DNA of 64,000 bases from Ascidiella aspersa (lineage: Eukaryota): assembly GCA_963924565.1 (NCBI GenBank), contig OZ004608.1, forward strand, positions 5,332,001-5,396,000, written 5' to 3'. Positions 1 to 12,800 of this stretch are shown here, piece after piece. The number at the start of each line of letters is the position of its first letter. Position 1 is the stretch's first letter. Under the pieces are notes generated by a model. That model worked only from the letters and a program-made list of their open reading frames with translations. It was not told the DNA's origin and did no database searches. The position numbers and the translations under genes were made by a program.

Positions 1-1016
1 GGGCCACGGTTGAGAAACCCTGGTCTAAGGGTTATTTTTAGAGACTACAGTCGCTGATTTTTTAAACCTTGTCGGGCTTAAGTACCACCCTTGTGTTTTT
101 TATCTGCGCCTTATTTCTGACCATCTATAGCCAAGGCCTTCATACTTGCTCCTTTTGGGTGTGGCAATTTTTGTTTTAAATGACTAGGTCTAGGATAACG
201 AAAATAAAAGCATAGTTACGTTTAAAAAGTGTAGCCCTACCAAGTACACGACTAAACCCACTAAACGTATTACATTATAGTCTTAAATTTAGTATTTATC
301 AAAACACATTAATTAAATACTATTTACAACCTCAGGGTGTGGTTGAATGAGTAGTTGTACAGTCCACTTGTATTTCAGACTAATGTTCGTCGAAATAGAA
401 AACACTTTCCACGATGATGTTGATGCTACCAGTTTTTATATTTACTTCATTTTCCTTTTCTGTAAAGAATCAGTAACGATTCAAGGACTAAGTTAAAATA
501 GCTTACATCAATCACAACCTTGTAATAAACTGTGGTTAGACAAGCTATTCAGACATGACTTGTTTTTCAACAATGCTGTTTAACTTTCTAATTTATTAAC
601 GTCGGTTCAGTTTCCCATGCTCTACATAACGTAATCTCACGCTCGCTTAAAGTCGTGACTTAACGCTTTTAATAAACATTCCAAAGTAGCTATATAGTAG
701 GGCCTGCATTAACATAAACAAGAACCGACACCAATTTTTAGCCTCAAAAACTAAGAATTCGTGTGACATTCTTCTTAAAATAACGCTGATTTTCAGCTGC
801 CACAAACAACCTACTACCCACTGGTCTTAAATTCAATTTGAACTTCATATTGCACTCCAAACTGCAAAATTTCCTGCAAGTATTGAAACCCTGTCGTTTT
901 TCGCCTGCACAGCAACAGATGGTGATTCGCTCCAGTTCAGTAGCCTATAGTTTCCTGCCTAAGTTCTAAAAGGGGCGGAAATATCAGCCGTGGCACATAT
1001 CTGAGCGCGCCGCCTG

Positions 1017-1520
1017 CCATTGTCAGTTGGAAAACTCCGCAACAAAATCGCGATTTTCGCAAATTTAACTATTGGTTTCAATAAAGGCTTCAGTTCATCT
1101 ACACAGCTGTAAAAAAATTCCATGTACAAGTCATAAGTTGCCAAAGTCAAGGCAAAGCTATTTCCATCACAAGCCAAATCCAAGTAATACAATTTTATAC
1201 AAACGAATGTCGGATTTACAAAATCGGTAAACACGTTCTATTTCTGAATTATATTGTTGCCATTGTCAGTTGATAAAAAGCAAAACCATCGGTTTCAATG
1301 GGCTTCAGTTCATTTTCGCAGTTGAAAAATCAGTCATTTTGAAACGTAGCAAAACAACTTCAGTTAGAGCAATTTTCAACAAATATCAATTCCAAGTACA
1401 AGTCATATGTTGCCAATGTCAAGTTAAAGTTATTGCCACCAAAAGTCAAATCAAAGTTATTTACTTTTCATCCAAAACAAATGTCGTATTTACAAATCGG
1501 TGAACACGTTCTATTCTGAT
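1017..1520. repeat. Degenerate tandem duplication, two units of about 245 bp
   Basis: Both units start ccattgtcagttg (about 1017 and 1260), share ggcttcagttcat and tacaagtcata.gttgccaa.gtcaag, and end aacacgttctatt. Confidence 0.7.
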
Positions 1521-1629
1521 CAATATTTAGCCCGTCAAACATCAAAACAAAACATACATCAAAGTAAGATTTTTACATTAAATTATGTAAATTACTTATT
1601 TTACTGAAATAAATTTAATTAAAGCACTT

Positions 1630-1870
1630 ATGTTCAATTCAAGTCATTTGTCCGATTGACTAAGGTCAATTAAGTTCATTTTGGACGAAACAATTAAGTC
1701 AAGTCAAGGTATTAAAAAAGGTTCCTTGAGTAAACTTAAGGCAAGTTATTTAGGTAACTTAAGTAAAAGTCAGTCAATAATTCAATTAACTTATGTCAAG
1801 TCCCTTATTAACATGACTCAAGTTAAGTCCCTTAATCAGTCGATTCAAGTCAAGTTTGCCTCGAAGCTTA
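1630..1870. repeat. Degenerate (t)taagtc/caagtc minisatellite
   Basis: Recurrent ttaagtc, caagtc and caagtt words. This explains the K/S/Q/V-rich spurious ORF 1681-1983. Confidence 0.5.
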
Positions 1871-2519
1871 ACTTATTGAAATTTTCGAAAATTAAGGAAC
1901 GTGTTCCGCCAATTGTTATTGATTTTTTTGGCGTCACACGTACTAAAAACATTTTGAGACCGCTGTGCCTACAAAAGCTCTAATTTTTTTAAGACTGTCT
2001 TTCGAAATCGTATAGTAGATGCGCATGGTGTGGGGTGGGGGCCTGTGGAAACGGCATTGACAGCTTTAATACGAAACTCTTATACACTTGTTTCGCACTA
2101 AGCTACTTGGAGACCTACAAATCTAAAATCCCCTTATGTGATTCCTGACCAAACGCTGAGTTCATCAAATTACAACAAGTTATATTTTGTACTAGCTACC
2201 GCATTTTTTTCGTGATTTTGAAAAAATGACGCCGGTTGTAAAACACAAACGTTGACTGGATACATCCAGCGTGTTTTACAAGCAAACCAACCCTAATCTC
2301 CAAGTATGAAGGACATATGATTTCAGATGTACATTCACACGTGTTCGACCGAGAACATTTTTTTGTGACGTCACGTTACGACGTAAACTTACGACGTCAC
2401 TCCTTAAATTTAAAGTGACCTGAAAACAAATCCACCAGCTCATGGTTGCTGCTCCTTCAAAAGTGCACTCTCTGAAGTGCTCGGTCAGCAGAAACGTAAA
2501 AACAAACTTTTTTTTCGTT

Positions 2520-3857
2520 AAAGTTTTTTATTTGATAAATATCACCGGCGTGACGAAACATAGAAATCATACGACGGCGCGAGAACGCAGAACAATCGCT
2601 CTCGTCGCCAATTCGTCAAAAGGATGACGTTTCGGGCGGTCCCGGGCAAACGTGACGTCACTATGTACAACGTAACCGTTTCATAGCAACCGGGTTTCAT
2701 TTATAACCACATTATGTGTGTCGGTGTTTTTTCCGTGGTGTTAAAAAGTTATAAAAATAGCCTCGTTTAAAATCGGGATACTTTCGAGCGAAAGGTTTCG
2801 AACAATCAACAGAGAAGAGAAAGGATAGATCAATGACGTAACAAACTCTTCCCTAACTGCCTTGTGACGTCAGAAGGGTGTGACGTCACTAATACTAAAA
2901 CAAACGACAAAGGCTGACTGACTAAGCACGAATAGGAAATAAAACAGCAGAGTGACCCCGAGTTTTTGACGCCGCTAGTGTAATGACCAACTAAGTCGAT
3001 AAAAAAACAGTGAAATTCAATAAAAAAGACCCAAAAAACGCGGATAAAAATAATAAAGTCGAAAAAAAAAAAGTTTTTCATCCGCAGTTTCCCGAGAATT
3101 TCACCAGCGCCATAAAAACATTAAAATCCAACGAGGACGGAAAAAGAAAAAAGGGAACCGTCGCCGAGAAACGAAACAATCGGTCTGTATGACGTCACGC
3201 GACAATGGGCGCGGGTTCCGACCGAGCGGAGTTCACACGCTTGTGACATCACACAATCGATTGTGACGCGACAAACAGGGCGCCGAGACGAGGGCGGCCA
3301 GCGCCGGTCATCCGTGGCGAAGTAAATTAAAAGTCGAATTTGGTCCGGAATCGATTTAGAATGAAACGGGTTGAAACATTTTGTTTTTCGCGAGCGAGAG
3401 AGAGCGAGGACGGAAACGTGTAAAATCTCAGCGGCCTTGAGGTCAAACAAGCGCGTGGTAGAGGTCAAATATTCGGGGCCAAACGGACAAACTGAGCGCG
3501 CGAGTAAAAACAAAGCGACCGAAAAAAAAACAAGGAAAAACAAGAAAAAACGCGCGCTTTGCTCCTTTAAAAAAACGAGTAAAAATAATAATCGGAAAGA
3601 AAGAGTGAAATATAAATACGCGGATTTGGCACGAAGTCGTTGCGTCACGTGACGCGGGGCGTGCTTCAAAGTTTATAGATGACGTCATTAGAACTGACGT
3701 CATCGCTCGAGTTCTCCCGTCGCCGACCTTTGTCACCAACCACCGTGGGCGACGACGTCGTTGCGCCATCTTCGACATTGTGACGTCATACTTGAGGGTG
3801 ACGTAGTTTTGGTAACGTCATACTTGCGGGTGACGTATTTTTATGACGTCACGACAC
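2520..3857 (-). other. Probable cdc25 3' UTR, U-rich and TGACGTCA-rich
   Basis: Follows the stop codon. Minus-strand AATAAA at 2527-2532, several TTTTTAT CPE-like elements (e.g. 2751-2757), and TGTACATA (Pumilio-like) at 2662-2669. The 3' end is inferred. Confidence 0.5.
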
Positions 3858-6800
3858 TCAGAGGCGCTTGAGCCGGTTGAGGAGGTTGTGCTTGGTGCGC
3901 TCGCCGGCCCAGGTCTTGCTCTTGACGCGGCACATGCGAAGCTCCTTCCTGTAGTCGTCGTGCGCCATCGGGCGGTAGGAACGCGGCTCGCAGTACGTCT
4001 GCAAGAGGGCGGTAAAGGGTTAATGTTGGGCTCGACAAAAGTAAATTGGATCTTTACTTTACTTTGAAAAATAAATACAAATAGGAACGTTGATAGTCAA
4101 GTAATCTAATTATTTTAAAACTAGGAATTGGAAAAATCTCGTATGTATTAAACAAAAAACGTGCAAAAACGGTATTCGTTCGAATTTTTAACTAAACCAA
4201 CTTAGTTTCCGCATCTTGTATAATATACACACCTCGTTATTAGGGTCGGAGAAGAAGTTCTTGTATCCGTCCTTAAGAACGTAAACCTCGGGGTAGTGCA
4301 GGTGGGGGTAGCGGTTCAGTTCACGATCCTTGCACCTGAGGGCTCGAGCCATTCGGGGTCCGCGTTCTGAGCTGAATTCGCAGTAGAACACCAGCACTGG
4401 CGGTTTGTAGCTACCGCTCTTCTGACAGGCCCACAGAGGCTTGGAAGTCTGGAAGAATCTGGCGAAAGAAACGTAAGGGTTAAAATTTGGGTCAGGTTTT
4501 AAAAAATGGCAAAAATTTCAAAAAAATTAGAATGTTTTTTTGTGGGGGTATTTTTATTTTTTAAGGGTAAGTTTGGTCAAAACGTTTTTTTGATTTTAGT
4601 TTTTTTTTTGATTTGATTTATTTGTAGTTTTTCTTCTCGTGATTTTTGATAGCACATTGGTCGCAAGTACTTAATCAGTTCATTACACCTTCAAAAAAGC
4701 ATGCCACAATGGGATTCAATTAGGGCCCATTTTACCTAATAAAAGGCTGATTTTCGACAAAAAAAAGCTCAAAAACGGATCTGGAGGGTTCCTCACCTTT
4801 TGTGGAGTTGTTCCTCCTGCCATACGTGTTCGGCACCGACCACATGACCACCCTCGTACTCGTAAGGGTAGCGGCAGTCGATCACCTCGAAACAACAGTC
4901 GTGCTCGTTGTTCACCAGCGAGATGAGCTACAGAAGAAAAAAGACGTTTAAACATTTGCTCGAGGATAACTTTTTTAAGTCAAAAGTTAATGAAACACTT
5001 GTAAAAATGTAGGCAAAAAGGTCTTTAAATTTGTACGAAAATGAAGGATACTTTGTTACAAGAAAAAAAAAACAGGTGATTTTTAGCTAAAAATTTCGAA
5101 ACAAAAGTAATAACATTTAAACACGATAAATAAATTCACACAAAATTCCCGGTTCACAATTGCTATAAAATGTATTTATATAATCGTTTCAATTTCTTCG
5201 GATCTAATCAACTCACCGTTTCGGGCGAGATGTACTTCAGGTCCTGGTGCTTGCCACTGACGGTCGGTAGAGAGCAGACCCGACTAAAGTCGCCCACAAG
5301 GTTGGGATCGCTACATCCCAAGTCGACTGCCTTCATCACGTCAAGCTCGTTGAAGGATCGGGATCTGGAGGAAGATTAAGAAGAGTGAGTGAAGGAGGAG
5401 GTTTAAGAAGAGGACTGATCGCACTGCTACACGATTAAATTACTCTTTTACGCAATTTACCCGTTTTAGATATTGCCCGGTTTGTTACTGTTTAAGGGAG
5501 GAAAACTGGAATGCAAACTCTTTTACAGCAAAATTTAAAAACACAGAAATTATTCGAATTCTTTGTGTATAGATCACATAATATTTAAACCTGAGATTGA
5601 TGGTAATTTCACATAAAAACTGTTAAATCTATTTTTCAAACAACATCTTGTGGTTTTCTAAGCCGTCGGAAGAGTGTAATTTCAAATAAAATAAAACATT
5701 TTTCGCCGTATTTTTTCTTAACCACTTGCACCTGATGCCAAAAAATCTGCTTACCTATTAAGCAAGGCTGAGTTATCTTCCTCGCCGTCGCATGACGTCA
5801 CTTGTCGGCATGGTGACGTCACTTCAGGCACGGGTTCACGCAGAACTGCGCTGCGCGATCGGGCGACACCAAGCGGCGTGTCCGACTCGCACTGCTGTGA
5901 CCGCTTGAGGGACAAGAGAGCGCGGCGCGATGCAACCACTGGGGGCGCTGAAGGGGATCGGAAGAGCTCACGAGGTTTGGGCTGAAAGAAAAAAAAAATC
6001 GTAAAAATTTGAAGTGAAAAAAATGTAAAAATTTTAAAAGAAAAAATTGTAAAAATTTCAAGAGAAAAAAAAAATGTTAAAATTTTAAGGATTGTTTGAA
6101 AAGCCGCTTGGTATTTTTCTAGTTGAATGACTAGTTTTTAAACTGATTTTTTGGTTTACTACTACAATTTTTTTGAGATTTTTTTACCTACTTAAATGTT
6201 CGACTCGAGCTAAAATATAGAAAAAAGTTCACCCCAAAATTAAAATTTAATATTTTGAGACATTTTTTATTTTTTTTAATTAGTTTTAAAAAAAGGCTAA
6301 TTTATTTAAACTCACCAGTCGCTCGGACATGGAGGCATCCGACTCTTTCGAGAAGCACGAGTCGTTCATGGGGGGGATCATAAGGGGGGCGCTGATCAGG
6401 CCGTCCAGACCCGACGGGAATTCCCCGGCGCCGGCGCCCGATCCGCCAGTGACGTCACGCATTTGATCGCGAGCGTTTTCGTGCAGCATGGCCTCGAGCA
6501 GACGCTCGTCGGCATCGCTGCGCTCGTGGTCTGACGTCATCATCATGACGTCATCGTCGCCTTCGTCATCGGAGTCGTTGGTGCTGCAGAGGCGCGACTG
6601 GGTGAGGGGGGCGTCGTCGTTGGCGAAACAGAGCTGGAAGGGTAGAGGGGAATAATGGTTATTTGGGGTTAAATTTAAAAATGTTGGATTTAGTTTCCGT
6701 TAAATGGGTAAACAAAGTATTACTTTCATAAATGAAAAATATTTTGAACTTAAAAATTGGTATTGTTTGTTCAAATGAAATATTTAACAAAAAGTCTTAC

Positions 6801-9800
6801 AAAAATTGAAAAAAACACAAAAAAAATCTAACTCACCATTTGCGCGGGCGCCGAAATCGGCCTGAAGCTCGCTTTAAGCGAGGCGATGGGCGAAGAGCAC
6901 ATGAAGGCAGCATCAGCCGACTTGGTCTTGCGCTCTTTGCCGCCGAACGCCATCTTGCGGCGGGTAGATCTCGGCTCGATCATCGAATCACTGCACTTGA
7001 CACGCTTGGATGCGCCAGCCAATGAGGAGCCGGCATTGCTAGAGTCCAAGCTCCTCTTGTTGGCTCTGACAAGGATTTGCTCGTCGAAGTAGCAGGGGGA
7101 GGATTTGGCGCGGTAGAAGGGGACGGATGAGGAGGGTCGGGGGGCCAGGACGCCCCGGGCGCTCAGGGACGCGATGCTGCCTGGAACCTGGGACTTTTCG
7201 GGCGTTGAGGCGCCGTCCCGGGGGCTAACTCTCAGCTCCTTTTCTTGTTCTTCTTCTTCCTCTTTGAGAACCGCGCTGAAGGCCGACGATGAGCTGGCGG
7301 CAAAGTGCGGCACCACGGGCGATGACGTCATGCTGGGTGACGTTAGCAGACCAGAGGGGCGTCGGCGCGACAGGAAGGGGGCGGGGCTGGTTGCCATGGG
7401 CGACAAGGGCGTGTCGTTACTGCCTCGGCGATGTTGCTGCAAAACGGGGCTGTTCTCTTTGCCGGCGATTGCGTGAAGTCGAAAGCGAGACTGCGACTAA
7501 AAATACCAAAAAAATGTTTGTTATTTTTTTTTAATTTTGATAAAATCAAAAAAAAAAAGTTTTCTTTAATTTAATAAATTTCTAATTTTAGGCATAATTT
7601 TTTTTTTTTTTTTAGTTAAGAAATGAAACTTTGGAAAAAAACGAGTCTGACGTTATTGTTTTTGTTTATTCATGTACCTTGGACATGGGCATCGACTTGA
7701 ATCTGCGTAGACTTTTGCTTCCGCTAGGCGGCGCCTCGCACACATTGTCGTCCTTATCTTGGAGGGCAAGTCGACCTCGGATGAGGGGAGATTCGGGGAA
7801 ACACCCTTCTGCGAGAGAAAACGACTTCATTTACAAACACGTAATTTTTTTGAGTTGCTAAATTTTACTGAAAATACGATGGTTTTAGTATTTAAACCAA
7901 GTAAAGAGTTGGCTGTTTATATTAACAAAAAATAGGTGTTTAAAACCCTGAGTTTTAGGCTTACAGGGCACATTTTCTCAGATAAAGTCGTTTAACATGG
8001 GTCAATAAACTGTTTGCGGTTAAAATTTGGGTCGCTAAAGATTAAAAGGCCGAAAATGGCCGCTTAAGATCTGAATAATCCCGTTTGCACAACGATAACA
8101 GATAAAAGGCGAACCACACAACTGGTCTAAGGACAAGGACGACTGAAATCCTCTGCGCAAACTATTCACTCTAAAACAAACCGCTTAACAAACAAATAAG
8201 ACTAGACAAAACCTCGCCGAAAATCTTCTTCGTCGTCAGCTGTCTGACCACCACTGTGACGTAACAATGGCTCGACCTCCATGTGACATTGTGAAGTTGC
8301 CATGGTTGGCTGGTCATCGACTGCGAGCGATCTAATTGGTCGAAAGGTCTGCCTGCCGCAAGCGGACTGCTGCCTTCTTATGCTGAAGATGGGACGGACT
8401 ACTGTGCTTTGAGCCTCTGAGCTGAAACCTGTTCATTTTTTGACTCTTTTGAACTCTTTTTGACTAATTTACTATTTTCTAAGTTGCTAGTTATAGCACT
8501 GAGCTCGCTCTGTGACAGTTTTTAACCTACCTGAAACTTTTACCTTTAAACTAAACAATTGGTTTAAACTAGGTTAAATATCTTCATCTTGGTAAGAAAG
8601 TTAAAAAAGACCTCTTTTCTAGAATAAATCTGATTTCGTTGTTTTTAAACGAAAAAACTTATTCTTTCGTTCGGTGCATTCTTTTCGTTTTGGCAGGAAA
8701 CTATAAATATCAAATCTGCAATACAACAAAAAGGCTAGTTTTCTGAACAAGACTTCAACTTACACTTTTAGCAAAAAAAAAATCGTGAGAAAAAAATATG
8801 ATTTTTTGTGCTATTTTTATGCCCTAAGGACCACCGCAATCACATAGTCTAAAACCCTCAGACGCGTAATTAAGGTCGCTGTTACCGTTTCAAATCTCAT
8901 GCGTCCGATCGCCAACATCGATCGACCGATATACGAAAAATCGGCTACAGCTCGCGCAAGGCACACAGACGCGCCGCAGAGAGGGCGCACGTAAACGCAC
9001 ACACACCTATAAAGGGAGACCAGGTAAGTCCAGGTCCAGCTGGGAAGCCAGGGCGGGATATTTGATGGCATTGGTTGCCGCTGCCTGGAAAGAGCTTTCG
9101 GGAACACCAAGTCTACCTATACGCCCCTTGTACAACACAGTTGGTTAATAAATGACCGCTGTGACGTCATCCTAAAATCAAGGTTAGTGGAATTCAGAAA
9201 ACTGGAAAAATTTAGCCGCAAATTCAAGTATTTCGGGTATGTCAACAGAATTGAAATGAATGAAGGAATTTAACTTGAAATAAATGAAGGAATTTCACTC
9301 AATTGAATCACGATACTTGTCAAGGTCATTTATGCTTCAAAGGCGAAGAAAACAAAAAAGCGAAATGACGTCATTACCGAGCTAGGTCGCTTTTTGGACC
9401 CGGAAGCGATCGCGCTCGTTTCCGCTTTCCCACGTCGTGGGCGCTCGCAACCTTTGTGATGTCATAATAGCGGGCGGCGGCGAATAGACTTTGACAATGG
9501 ACGCGATGCGAAAAGGTGCAATTAAACGTGAAGGCGGGGGGTAATTGCCCTCCCCCCTCACTGAGTGGTCGGATGCATTACTGCCGGACTTACGCGGAAC
9601 TGGGAGAGGTGTAATTAGGCGCGGAAGTGGAAAATATTTTCCACGAAAATGCACAGAGGGTTGTAATTATTGTGATTGCGGGGAGCTTTCAATTTGCACT
9701 TGACCGAAGCTACGGAAGCAATTAAAAAAACAATTATTGTTTGGAAACTATGTAGTATTTGCCACGGTATTCTAAAGTACAACCTTTTTTTGTCATCAAA

Positions 9801-12800
9801 TGTTGACTTTTTACGTCACTGAATTTTGATCTTTTTGCTCGTTATCTGAATTTTACTTTTTTATTGCCTTTTATACTACTTGTCCAATTTGACTTTTTTA
9901 TAGTGCGTTTTTTACGACGCTAATCAAGATTTTACCGACTGCCGTTTCCCATCCAAAGCGCGTCGCGGCCGAATCGCAAGTTTCGGAACCGAACGGTGAC
10001 GTTGCGCATCGCTAATGACGTCACGTGCGGTGACGTTGTGCGCGGCGAGTCGAAACGGTCTTTGATCAGCGCGGGGTCGTAAACTTTACGGAACGATTCT
10101 AAACGGTGCTCGCGAACGGGAGACGTTATGGTTTATAGTTGACGACGATGTGAACTAGATTCGTCACGCTCTTAGTAAAAAAGACTAAACTTTGGGAAAA
10201 TATAATTGTTAGGATTTAGCAATTTTTACGAATTTGCGCCAAAGTTGAAGTTTTTTTTTTAATTGTAACAATGAGATTAAAAGGAGTGAAAATGTTGACA
10301 AATTTACGCCCAACGTTTTTCCTAATTGGAAAAAAATGAGTTTATTCAGAAAATGTAACAATGCGATCGTCAGGGGGTGAAAATTTTTCACAAATTTGCG
10401 CTCAACGTTTTCTTTTGTCGCAAAAAAATAATCTCCTTTGAAACTGTAACAAAGCGGGAGCAGGCATTTCAAAGCGATCGCTATTAAAACACGTTTAACT
10501 TCCACACAAAGAGAGCCGATCAAAAAATAATAGTAGTGAGATCAAAACTACGGCGGGTTTGGCCAAATGGCGTCGTTCAAACGCTGCAAAGTTTACTCAA
10601 CGACTCTGGCTTGTAGCGCGCATAGAGCAGCTGCTATTGGTCTTTGCCCCGCTGTTGATTTAGCGCCCAAGCGACGACGCTTCGCTCATAGTAATGATTT
10701 GAAATCGCGAACGACTCTAACGGTTTCTCAATCACCGCTGGCGACGCTAATAGAATGGCCGGCTGTATAGGACCACACAAAGCTTCAACGGACAGGATTT
10801 TGGTGTAAGCCGATACCCTGTAGCCATTATGAATCGCCCTGTATCAACTGTGTGAAGCGATTGGTCGGTTAGAATGGGCTGGGTTGGCGTTGTTGGGTTT
10901 TATAAGAAAAGACAGAGCGGCTGGGATTCTAACGTTAAACGTTTCGCGTCTAACTACGTTTAAATTAAGTCTGCTCAAACCTTTTATAGTGCTAAAGCTG
11001 TGGAACACATGTAACGCCTTTGTGTTGACTGATTTCATAGCAAAGGTTGTTGATGTTTTCTCGTTTAATTATTAACCCTGAAGAGGTCAGCAAAAATCTG
11101 CTGTCTAAACTTTCGCTTATAACATATTTTACCTCATAGAAGAAATGTGTATCAGTTAATGTGTTGTCTAGTGGCGCTAATTCACACAGTTGTTCACATA
11201 TTCAAAAAACTTTACGGGGCATCTGTTCAGGGTGTAACTGGATCCGACAATTTCCTCCCAATAGATCGAATTCGGGTCGACGTCATAATTTAGCGAACGA
11301 GCGGCCAGTCGACAATAAACACTGCAATAATCGCCACCCCGGGTGCTTAAATACACACAATTAGGCCCGAACTATGGCAATAAAAACTGGATTTTCTGTC
11401 GCGAAAGGACAACGTCATATTGAATCTAGGATTTATGGTCATCGGGCAACGTCAAGACAATTCAACGTCACAACGGGTGTTTGTTGCGATGGTGTCGTAA
11501 TAAAGCGAGTGATTTTTGTTGCGTGTATCTGTGGCATTGTGACGACACAATGCGGCAAATGGAGCGGGTTATTTGTCTCGTTTAGGCAAAGACAACGAAA
11601 GGGCAATTAACACATTAGGCCTTCATTGAATTGACGAAGCGATAAAGAATAGCTAGCTGAGGAGTTTGGGACACAATGCATTCCCATTTCAATAAAATAT
11701 AAAACCAGAACGTTTAATAACGTTGGAATGGGTTATTTAATAACCTATTGGGCATTAAAAAGCAATTTAATGGTAAATCACGTTTTATTTCGGAGATGGT
11801 GCATTTGTAGGGCGTAAATAATGTAACTTGAACCTGGGATGCCAGTAGCGTAGAAATATCGCGGCAAGCTTATGATTCATGGCCTAATACTTTAGCGCGA
11901 CTAGTTCAATATTTGACGTTGACATATTTGAGGCTCTTGCGTGAAAAAACGCGCCCAAACAGGCAAGTTCAATACGAGGTCGTAGTGATTTACGAGCGCG
12001 GATTTTAACAACTGGAAATGGGTTTTGCTTAAAATAAACCTAAAACACAAAATACTTAAAACATTATGTCATTGCCTGCTATAGTTTAACAGGAATGCGC
12101 CCAATTACTACCATATTATAGGCTTGAAAGGCTGCGCAGGTCTTCGATACACCGAACCAGTCGCCTACGCAAAGAAACAGTGAACAAAAGCGGCCTTAAA
12201 AGAGAGAGAAGAGATCGGAATTTCCGCCGCACCCGCCCGTTTTGTGAATGGCGGTTTCGAGCAGCGCGGTCGGTCGCCAAGACGCGGCGTCACGCTCTGG
12301 TGCGCCGACCAATCGCAGCGCGCCGCTCGATTTGAGCAAATACTGATTATTGAGCGGCGCGAAATACGAATTTTTCGCATCGGTTTGCGCCCAAATTGAC
12401 CGAGAAAAAGGCCTAAAGACTGGGAAGGCGGGTGTTTTAGCCTCTAGTGTAATATAATCGACATTTTTAAGGTGTTTAAACCAATTTTATGTTGCCTTAT
12501 TTACACGATACCCATCACTAAGCTGTCAAAATTAACGCTTATTCTAATTTTACGTTAAAACGATATAAAACATCGCAAAAAAACTCTTATATCTTGTAAA
12601 CGCTCTAAAATGTCAAAAAATATTGACGAAACTGTATATTCAGGGCGATTCTGCGCAAGACTTAGTCTGCTGGTTTATGGTTAGTTTGTTTAAGCGCGGG
12701 TCGCCGACGCTACTTTGCCAGTCCGGACAAGTAGCATAAGTCACGCTATCGTGCCCGGGCCGAGCGCCCCTTTATGACGTGCTGGGGCGCTTGTGACGTC

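Noticed and set aside
3010-3778. Overlapping K-rich and F-rich ORFs (3121-3669, 3371-3652, 3443-3778)
   Set aside because: Low-complexity A/T tracts in the cdc25 3' UTR, with no domain or splice support.
6840-7549. Plus-strand and alternate-frame ORFs overlapping the large cdc25 exon
   Set aside because: Shadows of a GC-rich coding exon.
9005-9030. Plus-strand TATA-like word followed by CAG|GTAAGT as an antisense transcript start
   Set aside because: The donor lies only about 15 nt from the TATA, upstream of where a TSS would be, and there is no other support.
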